Shown here: one piece after another, positions 29,145 to 37,232 of the stretch
Numbering within the stretch: the stretch's first letter is position 1
How the letters are laid out: every line of letters starts with the position of its first letter
Source: an uncultured delta proteobacterium
GTDB lineage: Bacteria; Myxococcota_A; Polyangia; Polyangiales; Houyiibacteriaceae
Length of the DNA: 64,000 nucleotides
Assembly (NCBI GenBank): GCA_963699755.1
Contig: CAVOVB010000004.1
Location: 64,001 to 128,000, forward strand
Direction: 5' to 3'
Position numbers and translations under genes: made by a program
The notes under the pieces: generated by a model
What the model was told of the DNA's origin: nothing
What the model saw: only the letters and a program-made list of their open reading frames with translations
The model's database searches: none

Positions 29145-29693
29145 GTGGATCGACTGCTCTACCTTCTTCGCGAACGCGGTTTTCGCCGCGGCCAATTCGT
29201 ATTGAGCTCGGGCAAGAGCAGCGACTTCTTCATCGACTGCAAGCCAGCGGTCCTTCTAGCAGAAGGACATGCGCTGGTAGGCAGAGCCTTGCTCGAGCGA
29301 ATTCGGGACGAGATCGGATCCGTTTCGGCCGTCGCTGGTGTGGAGCTCGGTGGCTGCCCCTTGGCTTCCGCCGTGGCATGCGCGTCCTGGGCCGACGACG
29401 AACCGATCGACGCGGTCTACATCCGGAAGTCCAGCAAGGCACATGGCACTGGGAAGCTGCTCGAAGGTGCCGAACGCTTGGCTCCGAACGCCAAGCTGGT
29501 CATCGTCGAAGACACGGTGACGACCGGCGGCTCCACCTTGCGCGCAGTCCAAGCGGTCCGCGACGCAGGCTTCGAAGTCGCGGGCGTCATTGCCGTGGTC
29601 GACCGGCTCGAGGGAGGTGCTGAGGCCATCCGCGAGGCTGGGGTCGCCTTCAGCACGCTCTACGACCGAACCGACTTCATGGGGGACGCGTGA
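29145..29693 (+). CDS. pyrE: Orotate phosphoribosyltransferase
   Basis: FVLSSGKSSDFFIDC, RK..K.HG, VEDTVTTGGS, VVDR.EG; start set at GTG 29145. Confidence 0.93.
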   Translation: MDRLLYLLRERGFRRGQFVLSSGKSSDFFIDCKPAVLLAEGHALVGRALLERIRDEIGSVSAVAGVELGGCPLASAVACASWADDEPIDAVYIRKSSKAHGTGKLLEGAERLAPNAKLVIVEDTVTTGGSTLRAVQAVRDAGFEVAGVIAVVDRLEGGAEAIREAGVAFSTLYDRTDFMGDA

Positions 29694-30337
29694 GGAAGGC
29701 GACCTTGGCACTCCTTTTCCTTACAGCCCTCGCATCAGCGGGCTGCAGGCAGCCCCCGATTTCGATGCAGCCCGGGTCTCGCACGTTCACGCCCGATTCA
29801 TACGGCAGCGTCTGGGAAGCCTGGACGCGCAACGAGGAAGCCTTCTCCTGGAAGGAGCTCGCCCACGAGATTTTCGTCTCGGCGACCTTCGAGTCCTGGG
29901 AATTCCGTTGGGCCTACGTCGTCCGATACGCCTACGACTACAGCCTCGAGCCTGAGGTGAGAGACGAGATGCTCCAGGCCAGCCTGGCGAGCTCTCGACA
30001 GGAGCACCGGTTCTTCGTCACCTTGTCGGGGCTGGACTTCAAGGAGTCCAATCTTGCCGGTAAAACATCGGCCTGGCGGGTCCTGCTCATCGATCCCGAG
30101 GGGAACCAGACCATCCCGATCCTGATCGAGCGTGTCAGGCGGCCCACGGCGGCCGATCGGGTTTACTTCCCCCAAGTGAACCCATATCGGCAGGTATTTC
30201 GGCTTACATTCCCCGCGGTGGACGCCAAAGGGCGCAAGACCATCCCCGACGACGCCGAATTCATCGTCCTTCGCTTCACTGGGGCCCGAGGCAGGGCTGA
30301 CCTCCGCTGGCAGCTCCGCCCCACCGAGGGCGGCTGA
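29690..30337 (+). CDS. Hypothetical lipoprotein
   Basis: Lipobox SAGC; GTGA overlap with pyrE. Confidence 0.8.
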   Translation: MRKATLALLFLTALASAGCRQPPISMQPGSRTFTPDSYGSVWEAWTRNEEAFSWKELAHEIFVSATFESWEFRWAYVVRYAYDYSLEPEVRDEMLQASLASSRQEHRFFVTLSGLDFKESNLAGKTSAWRVLLIDPEGNQTIPILIERVRRPTAADRVYFPQVNPYRQVFRLTFPAVDAKGRKTIPDDAEFIVLRFTGARGRADLRWQLRPTEGG

Positions 30338-30344
30338 CGAAGGT

Positions 30345-30374
30345 TTGACAGCTTCGATTCCTGGTCGCTATCAT
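30345..30374 (+). promoter_or_regulatory. sigma70-type promoter
   Basis: TTGACA-N18-TATCAT upstream of the HEAT-repeat gene. Confidence 0.6.
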
Positions 30375-30434
30375 GCACTGGTCGCGTAAGCCTTCGTAAC
30401 AAATGGGGAAACGGGCTGCGTGGGGAGGTTCAGA

Positions 30435-32126
30435 ATGATTGTGCGCCACAGGGGGTGGGCCGTTGCAGTTCTCATTGCAGCGCTTGGTTTGGGTTGTCAC
30501 GCAGCGGAGGATGATCCTGCGGGACAGGCGGGTGAGCTTTCCGATCCGGTTCGGCGTGAGAACGCCGTTTTCAATCTGAAGGCGATCTACACCGAAACCC
30601 TCGCCGCAAACGGCGGCGATCGGAACAGCGCCGACGTGAAAGCAGTCGCCGACGTGATCGTTGGTCCGCTCACTCAAGCCTACCTCGACTACCCAGAGGA
30701 TCGGATCAACGGCCTTGCGATCTTGGAGCTCCTGTACGAGATGCAAGATCCGCGCAGCGTTCCCGCGCTCATCGAAGCATTGAACTGGCGCACCGAGGTG
30801 TCCGAGGATCATGCGATTCGCGCGGCGCAAACGATTCAGGCGATGAACGTTCCACCCGCAGAGCGGCCCAAGGTGATCCAAGCGCTCGCGCGCTCTCTCG
30901 AACGCATCACCGATGCACGTCCCGAAGACAACAAGATGCGTGTATCGATGATTCGTGCGCTCGGCTCCTTGAAAGACAAAGGTGCGACCGAGATCCTCAC
31001 CAGCATCGCGACCAAGCAAGACGAAAAGCAGAACTTCTTGATCAATCGTCTGGCGGCCCAGCAACTGGGTGAGCTCCGGGACCCAGAGGCAGTTCCTTCG
31101 TTGATCAAGTGCCTCTTCCTCTTTGCGCCGAACCAGCCGGATCTTCGAATGAACGATGTGGCCGCCGAAGCGCTAATCCTCATCGGGCGCCCCTCGCTCA
31201 AGCCCCTGCTCAAAGTGCTCGCCGGCGACGATGCGACGGCGAATACAATCGCCAAGCAGTTCATCGATGCGGTCAAGGCTCGCAGGCCGGACCTGGCGAA
31301 CAAGATGACGGTCCGACAAGTCACCGGAGGCGAAGCGAGCTTTGCGCTGGGCGCGCTCGGGTTCTCGGAGGCCCTGGAGCCACTGCTTGGGGAGGCCGCC
31401 TCCAGCGATACACCGCGCAAGCTGAACGCAGCAATTGCTTTGGTCCGCGTCGACGTGCCGGCCGGGCAAGAAGAGCGCGTTCGGTCGACCTTGAAGAAGG
31501 TCTACGCAGAGCTGCCCAAGGGCTACGAAGGAATCATGATGCGTGGGCAGCTGCTGGCAGCGATCGCGCATACCTATGACGAGGAGATGATGCCCTTCGT
31601 CTACGATCAGGTGGTCGACGCGAAGTCCAATCCGGAGCTTCGCCTGATTGCGGTCCAGAACTACGCGCTGCTGGCGAACGAAGCCGAAGCGGCGAAGCTG
31701 ACGGAGGCCATCGCGAAGGAGCAGCCCTCGGAGGCTGGCGGCTACCGGGAGAAGTTCGAAGAACGCAAGCCACTGCTCGACCTCGCGACCGAGTGCGATA
31801 CCAGCGTCGACTGCTGGGTCTCGAAGGCAGGGAGCGCCGACAACAACACCGCTCGCAAGGGGGCGTACATGCTCGGACGCTATGCGCGCGGAAACGCCAA
31901 GGCGATCGACGCGCTGGTGGGCAAGCTCGGCAGCGACGACTACGGGGTTCGCCTCGCCGCGCTCATGGCGCTCGATCGCATTGCGGACAAAGGCAGCACT
32001 GCGGCGGTGGCGAAGATCGACGAGCTCCGGACCCGCGAAGAAGGCCAATCGATCTGGACTCGGTTCCGCATCGAGGCACTGCCGATTCAGGCGCGTCTTC
32101 GTAGCCGCGGCGGTAGCGCAAGCTAG
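30435..32126 (+). CDS. HEAT/PBS-lyase-repeat lipoprotein
   Basis: GGAGG RBS; lipobox GLGC; repeated A..ALG.L.D..AVP.L motifs. Confidence 0.85.
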   Translation: MIVRHRGWAVAVLIAALGLGCHAAEDDPAGQAGELSDPVRRENAVFNLKAIYTETLAANGGDRNSADVKAVADVIVGPLTQAYLDYPEDRINGLAILELLYEMQDPRSVPALIEALNWRTEVSEDHAIRAAQTIQAMNVPPAERPKVIQALARSLERITDARPEDNKMRVSMIRALGSLKDKGATEILTSIATKQDEKQNFLINRLAAQQLGELRDPEAVPSLIKCLFLFAPNQPDLRMNDVAAEALILIGRPSLKPLLKVLAGDDATANTIAKQFIDAVKARRPDLANKMTVRQVTGGEASFALGALGFSEALEPLLGEAASSDTPRKLNAAIALVRVDVPAGQEERVRSTLKKVYAELPKGYEGIMMRGQLLAAIAHTYDEEMMPFVYDQVVDAKSNPELRLIAVQNYALLANEAEAAKLTEAIAKEQPSEAGGYREKFEERKPLLDLATECDTSVDCWVSKAGSADNNTARKGAYMLGRYARGNAKAIDALVGKLGSDDYGVRLAALMALDRIADKGSTAAVAKIDELRTREEGQSIWTRFRIEALPIQARLRSRGGSAS

Positions 32127-32149
32127 GGTCCCGCAGCAGGTGACGCCTC

Positions 32150-33055
32150 ATGCACAGCATCGTCCTCATCATCGGCAGCGCGCTCGGAGTTGCCGCGCTC
32201 GTCGGATGCGTGCGTGAAGTCGACGAAGCTGGAGCCGGTCGAGCGGAGACTCACCTCGCTCCCAACGTCGTGGCGCGCGTGGGCAGCCGCCCAATCGGAG
32301 CGGCGGAGCTAGAGTCTCGGATGCAAAGCGAAGAGATCGGCGCCGACGCAGCTCTTGAGCAGCTGATCGACGAAGAGCTCTTGGCTCAAGAAGCCGAGCG
32401 CCTTGGGTTTACGGTCAGCGGGGAGGAGCAACGCGCAGTGGAACGGATCATGGTTCGCGCCATGCTTCGAGACATGGAAACAGAGAATACGCCGGAGTCG
32501 ATTTCGGATCAGGAGCTGAGAGAGGACTACGCCCGCTACGAGGACAAGTTCCGGATCCCGGAGCGTCGCCGCTCATGGCACATCCTCGTGAGGGGCCACG
32601 GCGAGGAGGCCCGATCGCTGGCGGAGTCGATTCTGCGCGAGCTGCGCAAAGCCAAAAACCCGCGCGAGGTCTTCGAACGCTATGCGAACGGGGGCTCGGA
32701 GGATTTGGACCTCGAGGTCTCGGCGGAGGACTTGCCGGCAGTAAGTGAAGCGGCTGCTCTCGAAAAACCTTACAAAGACGCGATCTTCGCCGTGGAATCC
32801 GAAGGCCCCTTGAAGCAAGTCGTCGAGACCTCCTATGGCTGGCACGCGATCGTGGTGGCCGAGATCATGCCGGCGGAGCAGCGCACCCTGGCGGAGGTGG
32901 AGGAGCAATCTCGCGAGCGGCTAAGCCAGGCGAAACGCCTCGCCGCGCTCGTGCGGACGGTGCAGGCGCTCAAGGCCGAAGGTCTGGTGGAGTACGACGA
33001 CGAGGGCGTCGAACGACTTCTTTCGATGGGCGGGCTCCCCGAGCGTTCGGACTGA
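32150..33055 (+). CDS. PpiC/parvulin-type peptidyl-prolyl isomerase, lipoprotein
   Basis: LVGC lipobox, VVARVG, LIDEELLAQEA, WHILV, VETSYGWH. Confidence 0.85.
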   Translation: MHSIVLIIGSALGVAALVGCVREVDEAGAGRAETHLAPNVVARVGSRPIGAAELESRMQSEEIGADAALEQLIDEELLAQEAERLGFTVSGEEQRAVERIMVRAMLRDMETENTPESISDQELREDYARYEDKFRIPERRRSWHILVRGHGEEARSLAESILRELRKAKNPREVFERYANGGSEDLDLEVSAEDLPAVSEAAALEKPYKDAIFAVESEGPLKQVVETSYGWHAIVVAEIMPAEQRTLAEVEEQSRERLSQAKRLAALVRTVQALKAEGLVEYDDEGVERLLSMGGLPERSD

Positions 33056-33110
33056 GCGGGTTGCTCCAGAGTTGCTCCGGCCTCGAGGCTTTGGCTAGCA
33101 TGGGACTTCG

Positions 33111-34178
33111 ATGGTGGAGCGAACAGGCCAGCGATTCGGCGCCTACACGCTGGGGCCTCACGTTGCCGACGGGTCGATGGGGGCCATCTACCAGGCACTC
33201 CACGACCAGACCCGGGAGCGCGTCGCCATCAAGGTGCTTCATCCGCATGTCGCACGCGACGTGGTCGCCGTCGAACGCTTCCGGCGGGAGTACGAAACCG
33301 CGAAATCGCTCCGCCACGCCCACATCATCGAAGTGCTCGATTTCGGGGAAACCGCCGACGGCGCCGAGTTCATGACGATGGAGTTCCTCGAAGGCGAGGA
33401 GCTGAGCTTGCTTCTGGCCCGGAAGGGCCCGTTCCGACCCGCCCGCACCGTCCGAGTCGCCTGCCAACTTGCGATCGCACTCCATCATGCGCACGCGGAC
33501 GGCGTCATTCATCGAGACCTCAAGCCCGACAACATCTTCGTCTGCGCAGGGTCGAACGGCGAGGAAATTCGCGTTCTTGATTTTGGCTCGGTGAAGCTGC
33601 AAGTCGAAATTGGGCCAAAGCTCACGATGCTCGGCACGACCTTGGGGTCCCCTTGCTACATGTCGCCGGAGCAGGCGATGGGAAAGCACGATGTCGATCC
33701 GCGCACCGACGTGTTTGCGCAGGCCGCGATCATGCACGAGCTCGCCACCGGCGAAGTCGCTTTCGCCGGACCCGTCATCACCGAGATTCTGAGGAAGATC
33801 GTCGCGGAGGATCCGCCTGCGGTCAGCATCGTCAATCCCGAATATCCCCGGGCTTTCGACGAGGTCTTGAGAAAGGGGCTGCGCAAGGACAAGCTCGAGC
33901 GATTCGGAAGCAGCATGGAGCTCGCCGAGGCCATGCTGGCCGCCTTCGGCCTCGAAGCGGACGTCGAACGTTGGGCGAGCGCGCCCGTCGACGAGATCGA
34001 GAAGTCGATCGGCGATGCGCCCAATATACCGCCTGTCCCTCCAGAGACTCCGTCCGCGCTCGGCACCGGCGTTGCTGCAGAGCTCCCGACGCGAGGGCCT
34101 CGTGGGGCGAGGCTGACGATTGGCTTCATCGTCGCGGCTGCGTTGATTCTCGGCGGCTGGCTCCTCTTGCGAGTCTGA
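33111..34178 (+). CDS. Hanks-type Ser/Thr protein kinase with C-terminal TM anchor
   Basis: VAIK, RFRRE, HRDLKPDN, DFG, YMSPEQ; hydrophobic C-terminus. Confidence 0.93.
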   Translation: MVERTGQRFGAYTLGPHVADGSMGAIYQALHDQTRERVAIKVLHPHVARDVVAVERFRREYETAKSLRHAHIIEVLDFGETADGAEFMTMEFLEGEELSLLLARKGPFRPARTVRVACQLAIALHHAHADGVIHRDLKPDNIFVCAGSNGEEIRVLDFGSVKLQVEIGPKLTMLGTTLGSPCYMSPEQAMGKHDVDPRTDVFAQAAIMHELATGEVAFAGPVITEILRKIVAEDPPAVSIVNPEYPRAFDEVLRKGLRKDKLERFGSSMELAEAMLAAFGLEADVERWASAPVDEIEKSIGDAPNIPPVPPETPSALGTGVAAELPTRGPRGARLTIGFIVAAALILGGWLLLRV

Positions 34179-34181
34179 CGC

Positions 34182-36020
34182 TCAGTCGAGTACCTGAAGC
34201 AAACCGTCACGCACCAAGTACAGCTGTGGGGGATGCGCCGGCGTCCGATCGGAGGAGAACGAATCTACCGAGGTCACTGGAACCAAAGAAGCGCCGTTCC
34301 GAAGCGCATTCGTCAGCGACTCCCGAGTCTGGTTCCCCAGTCGCAGCGTCGTGGAAACCAGGCGATAGGCGTCGTACCCATACGCCGCGAACATCTGCGG
34401 GCTTTTTCCATATCGCGTTTCGTAGGCCGCCCTGAAGTGCTGGTTCAAGCTGGCCTCGGACGCCTCGTAGAAAGGAAGCGCCACCAACGCGCCCTGAAGA
34501 TAGCGCTGCGCGCGATCGAGAAGCTTGGCGGACCAGCTCGGGCTTGGAAGAAGAAAATGAATTTCGCGCTCGGCGTGATCGGGCAGCGTACCCTCGGCAA
34601 GGCTCCATGCGCCTTCGGCGGCAAAGGTGGGCGCGATCAGCGCGACTTGATCGGCTACGTCGGCGAGGAGAACGACATCGCAGCTCGTTTCGAGCAGCGT
34701 GCGGACGTAATCCGCAAAGGACTTGGTGCCGGGCGGATACGCGACCCCCTCGCAGTAGACCCCGCCGGCGGAGGCGACTTCCTGATCGAAGAGGCGCTCC
34801 ATTGTGCGGCCATAGCCATGGTCGGGATATAGGATCACGAACCTCGAGAGCCCCCGCGTGCGCGCCTTTCCGACTAACTCGGCCAATTCGTCGCGCGGGC
34901 TATAGAGAAATCGAAACACCTGTTCGCCTGCGCTCGTGACATCTTCGGACGCGGAGAAGCTCAACAGTGGCACCCCCGCCCGGCTCGTGATCTTCGCTGC
35001 CGCCTCGGTGGTATGGCTGCTGACCGGACCGAGTACGGCAACCACGCGCTGGTTTCCGATCAGCGACTCGACCGCTGCGCTCGTCTGTGCCTCGTTGCCG
35101 GCAGTGTCCTCGACCACGAGCTCCGGCCCGCCCTCGTCGAGCGCAGCGAGCTGCATCCCCTGCAGGAGCTGATGGCCGACTTCGCGTCCGCGCCCACTCA
35201 GCGGAAGCAGTGCCCCAACCACATAAGGGTTGCCATGTAGGAATTCCTCGGCGCGCGCGAGCAGAATGATCAGCTCTGGATGGGTGCTCGCATCGCTGGC
35301 ACGCAATGATGCCGCGCAATGCGCCACCAGGTCCGCATCCTGCGTCTCGAGAGCGTGGCGGAGCACTCGCATCGATGCGAAGGTTTGGGGAAGGGCAGCC
35401 GGCCGAAGCGCGTCGACGAGCGCGGTAGCTTCTTCGATAGTGAGCTTTTCGACCAGCAACTCGATGGCGGCGTCGACGCGCTGCGGGTCGTCGGGGGGGC
35501 CGCCGCGCTCGATGAGCGTGTCGAGGACGCGCAAACCAAGAGCGGCGCTCGTCGTCTGCTCGGCGGAGATCACCGTAGTGTCCCAGAGCAGCACCTGCTC
35601 CTCCGTGGAGAAGCGCTCACCTGCCAGCGGCGCGACGGTCTCGAGGGCCCGTTCCGGATCACCCAACTGCAATTGGCACGAGCCGAGATGAAGCGATGCG
35701 CGGAGAGCGATGGCTCGGTCCGCACTTTGCTGCGCCTGCTCGAAATGAGGGATTGCGCTCTGACATCGACCGATGTCGGCGCCCAGTACGCCGAGCTCGA
35801 GACGTGCCAAGTCTGCCTCGGTCGTCCCTTGATTCTGGATGATGAAAGTCTCGTACGCGTTTTGTGCGCCTCGGACGTCTCCGCTCGAGGCGAGTGAGCG
35901 CGCCCTGGTGATTTCGGACGGCGGGGCCTTTTCGAGCGGACTCTCAACCTTCTTGGGTGCACAGCTGCCCAGGGGGATCGTGAGGATCAGTGCCAGGCAC
36001 GGCAGAGCGCTTCTCAACAT
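34182..36020 (-). CDS. LpoA-like lipoprotein (TPR plus type-1 periplasmic binding domain; PBP activator family)
   Basis: Lipobox LGSC, TPR-like N-terminus, GALLPLSG, VLGP, LYP..YG, AAYGYDA. Confidence 0.8.
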   Translation of the reverse strand: MLRSALPCLALILTIPLGSCAPKKVESPLEKAPPSEITRARSLASSGDVRGAQNAYETFIIQNQGTTEADLARLELGVLGADIGRCQSAIPHFEQAQQSADRAIALRASLHLGSCQLQLGDPERALETVAPLAGERFSTEEQVLLWDTTVISAEQTTSAALGLRVLDTLIERGGPPDDPQRVDAAIELLVEKLTIEEATALVDALRPAALPQTFASMRVLRHALETQDADLVAHCAASLRASDASTHPELIILLARAEEFLHGNPYVVGALLPLSGRGREVGHQLLQGMQLAALDEGGPELVVEDTAGNEAQTSAAVESLIGNQRVVAVLGPVSSHTTEAAAKITSRAGVPLLSFSASEDVTSAGEQVFRFLYSPRDELAELVGKARTRGLSRFVILYPDHGYGRTMERLFDQEVASAGGVYCEGVAYPPGTKSFADYVRTLLETSCDVVLLADVADQVALIAPTFAAEGAWSLAEGTLPDHAEREIHFLLPSPSWSAKLLDRAQRYLQGALVALPFYEASEASLNQHFRAAYETRYGKSPQMFAAYGYDAYRLVSTTLRLGNQTRESLTNALRNGASLVPVTSVDSFSSDRTPAHPPQLYLVRDGLLQVLD

Positions 36021-36053
36021 GCCCGCGCACGATACATGCCTCCACGCCGGCAG

Positions 36054-36896
36054 TCACACCGCCGAGTGCCAGCGCTGCCCGAGTCTTGCAAACTCCTCTA
36101 TCGAAAGCGTTTCGCCGCGCCTTCCCGGATCGATGCCCGCCTCCCGCAGGGCGGCGGAGGCTCGGTCGGCGTCGCCGAGGGCACGGAGAGCGTTGCGCAA
36201 GGTCTTGCGGCGCATCCGGAACGCCGCCCGTACTACGGTCTGAAACGCCTCGGTCTCTTCGGCTAAGGGGGCTTCGCGCGGAACGAGCCGAATGACTGCG
36301 CTTTCGACCCTGGGTGCTGGATAGAACGAGCCGGGCCGCAGGCGGCACACCGTCTCGACCTCAAACGCTGCTCCCACGAACACGGTCAGGGCGCCGTATT
36401 CCTTCGTCGACGGTGGAGCGACCAAGCGGTCTCGCACTTCGCGCTGGACCATCAAGATCGCCCCCTTGAGAACGGCCGCGGCTCCGACCACCCTGCGGAT
36501 GATCGCGCCGGTGGCCTGATAAGGAAGATTTCCCGTGACGACTAACTTCGACCCACAAGCTTTTGAATATTCTTCCAAATCAAGCTCTGCCGCGTCGCCA
36601 AGTCGGACGTCCAGACGCTGCCGGCCCTCGAATTCTTCGCGCAGGACGCGAACCATGTCGCGATCGAGCTCGACCGCGAGAACGCTCGCACCGCGCTCGA
36701 GGAGGGCATGGGTGAGCGCGCCCAGGCCTGGCCCGAGCTCGACGATCTCGTTGCCCATGGCGACGGCCGCGTCCGCGATTTGTGCGACGGCGCCTGGCTG
36801 GATGAGGAAGTTCTGAGAAAACGACCGTTTCGGCTGCAGCTCATATTTGCTAAGCAGATCTCTGGCATCAGGCGGATCAGGCCGGTCGGTCGTCAT
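36054..36896 (-). CDS. rsmA: 16S rRNA adenine dimethyltransferase KsgA
   Basis: SQNFL, ELGPGLG.LT, GNLPY, MVQREV, FYPAPRVES, RRKTLRN. Confidence 0.96.
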   Translation of the reverse strand: MTTDRPDPPDARDLLSKYELQPKRSFSQNFLIQPGAVAQIADAAVAMGNEIVELGPGLGALTHALLERGASVLAVELDRDMVRVLREEFEGRQRLDVRLGDAAELDLEEYSKACGSKLVVTGNLPYQATGAIIRRVVGAAAVLKGAILMVQREVRDRLVAPPSTKEYGALTVFVGAAFEVETVCRLRPGSFYPAPRVESAVIRLVPREAPLAEETEAFQTVVRAAFRMRRKTLRNALRALGDADRASAALREAGIDPGRRGETLSIEEFARLGQRWHSAV

Positions 36897-36967
36897 CGGG
36901 TCAAGTCTCCAAGATCATGTGTATTTTTGGAAAAGACGACACCGCAAGCCCAGTTGTGCCACAAGCG

Positions 36968-37025
36968 TTGTCACGCAAGAAGGCGTTATTATATTGGCCC
37001 GGCAAGTAGTTTGACCTAGGTTAAA
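36968..37025 (+). promoter_or_regulatory. sigma70-like promoter followed by a palindromic operator candidate
   Basis: TTGTCA-N16-TATATT (36968-36995); TTTGACCT/AGGTTAAA dyad with 7/8 match (37010-37025). Confidence 0.5.
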
Positions 37026-37038
37026 GGTAGAGGAACAA

Positions 37039-37209
37039 ATGCTTCCAGGCTTCATCATCGACCAAATCCGTCAGCGTGAAGAAGAAGAGCAGGCCAAGCG
37101 CCAGGTTCCTCAGATTCAGCTGCCAATTCCGATGCCAGAGGGTTCAAGGCCCCCTGAACGCAAAGACGAGTCGGATCGGGGCGTGGTGATTATCGATCTA
37201 TGCGCGTAG
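37039..37209 (+). CDS. Small protein (56 aa) absent from the ORF track
   Basis: RBS AGAGGA; MLPGFIIDQIRQREEEEQAKRQVPQIQLPIPMPEGSRPPERKDESDRGVVIIDLCA*; fills the intergenic space and has its own promoter candidate. Confidence 0.78.
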   Translation: MLPGFIIDQIRQREEEEQAKRQVPQIQLPIPMPEGSRPPERKDESDRGVVIIDLCA

Positions 37210-37232
37210 TGAGAGTCCGCTAGACTGCGGAT

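Noticed and set aside
36027..36041. sigma54-like GG-N10-GC (AGGCATGTATCGTGC) on the minus strand
   Set aside because: The predicted transcription start would fall inside the start of the LpoA-like ORF.
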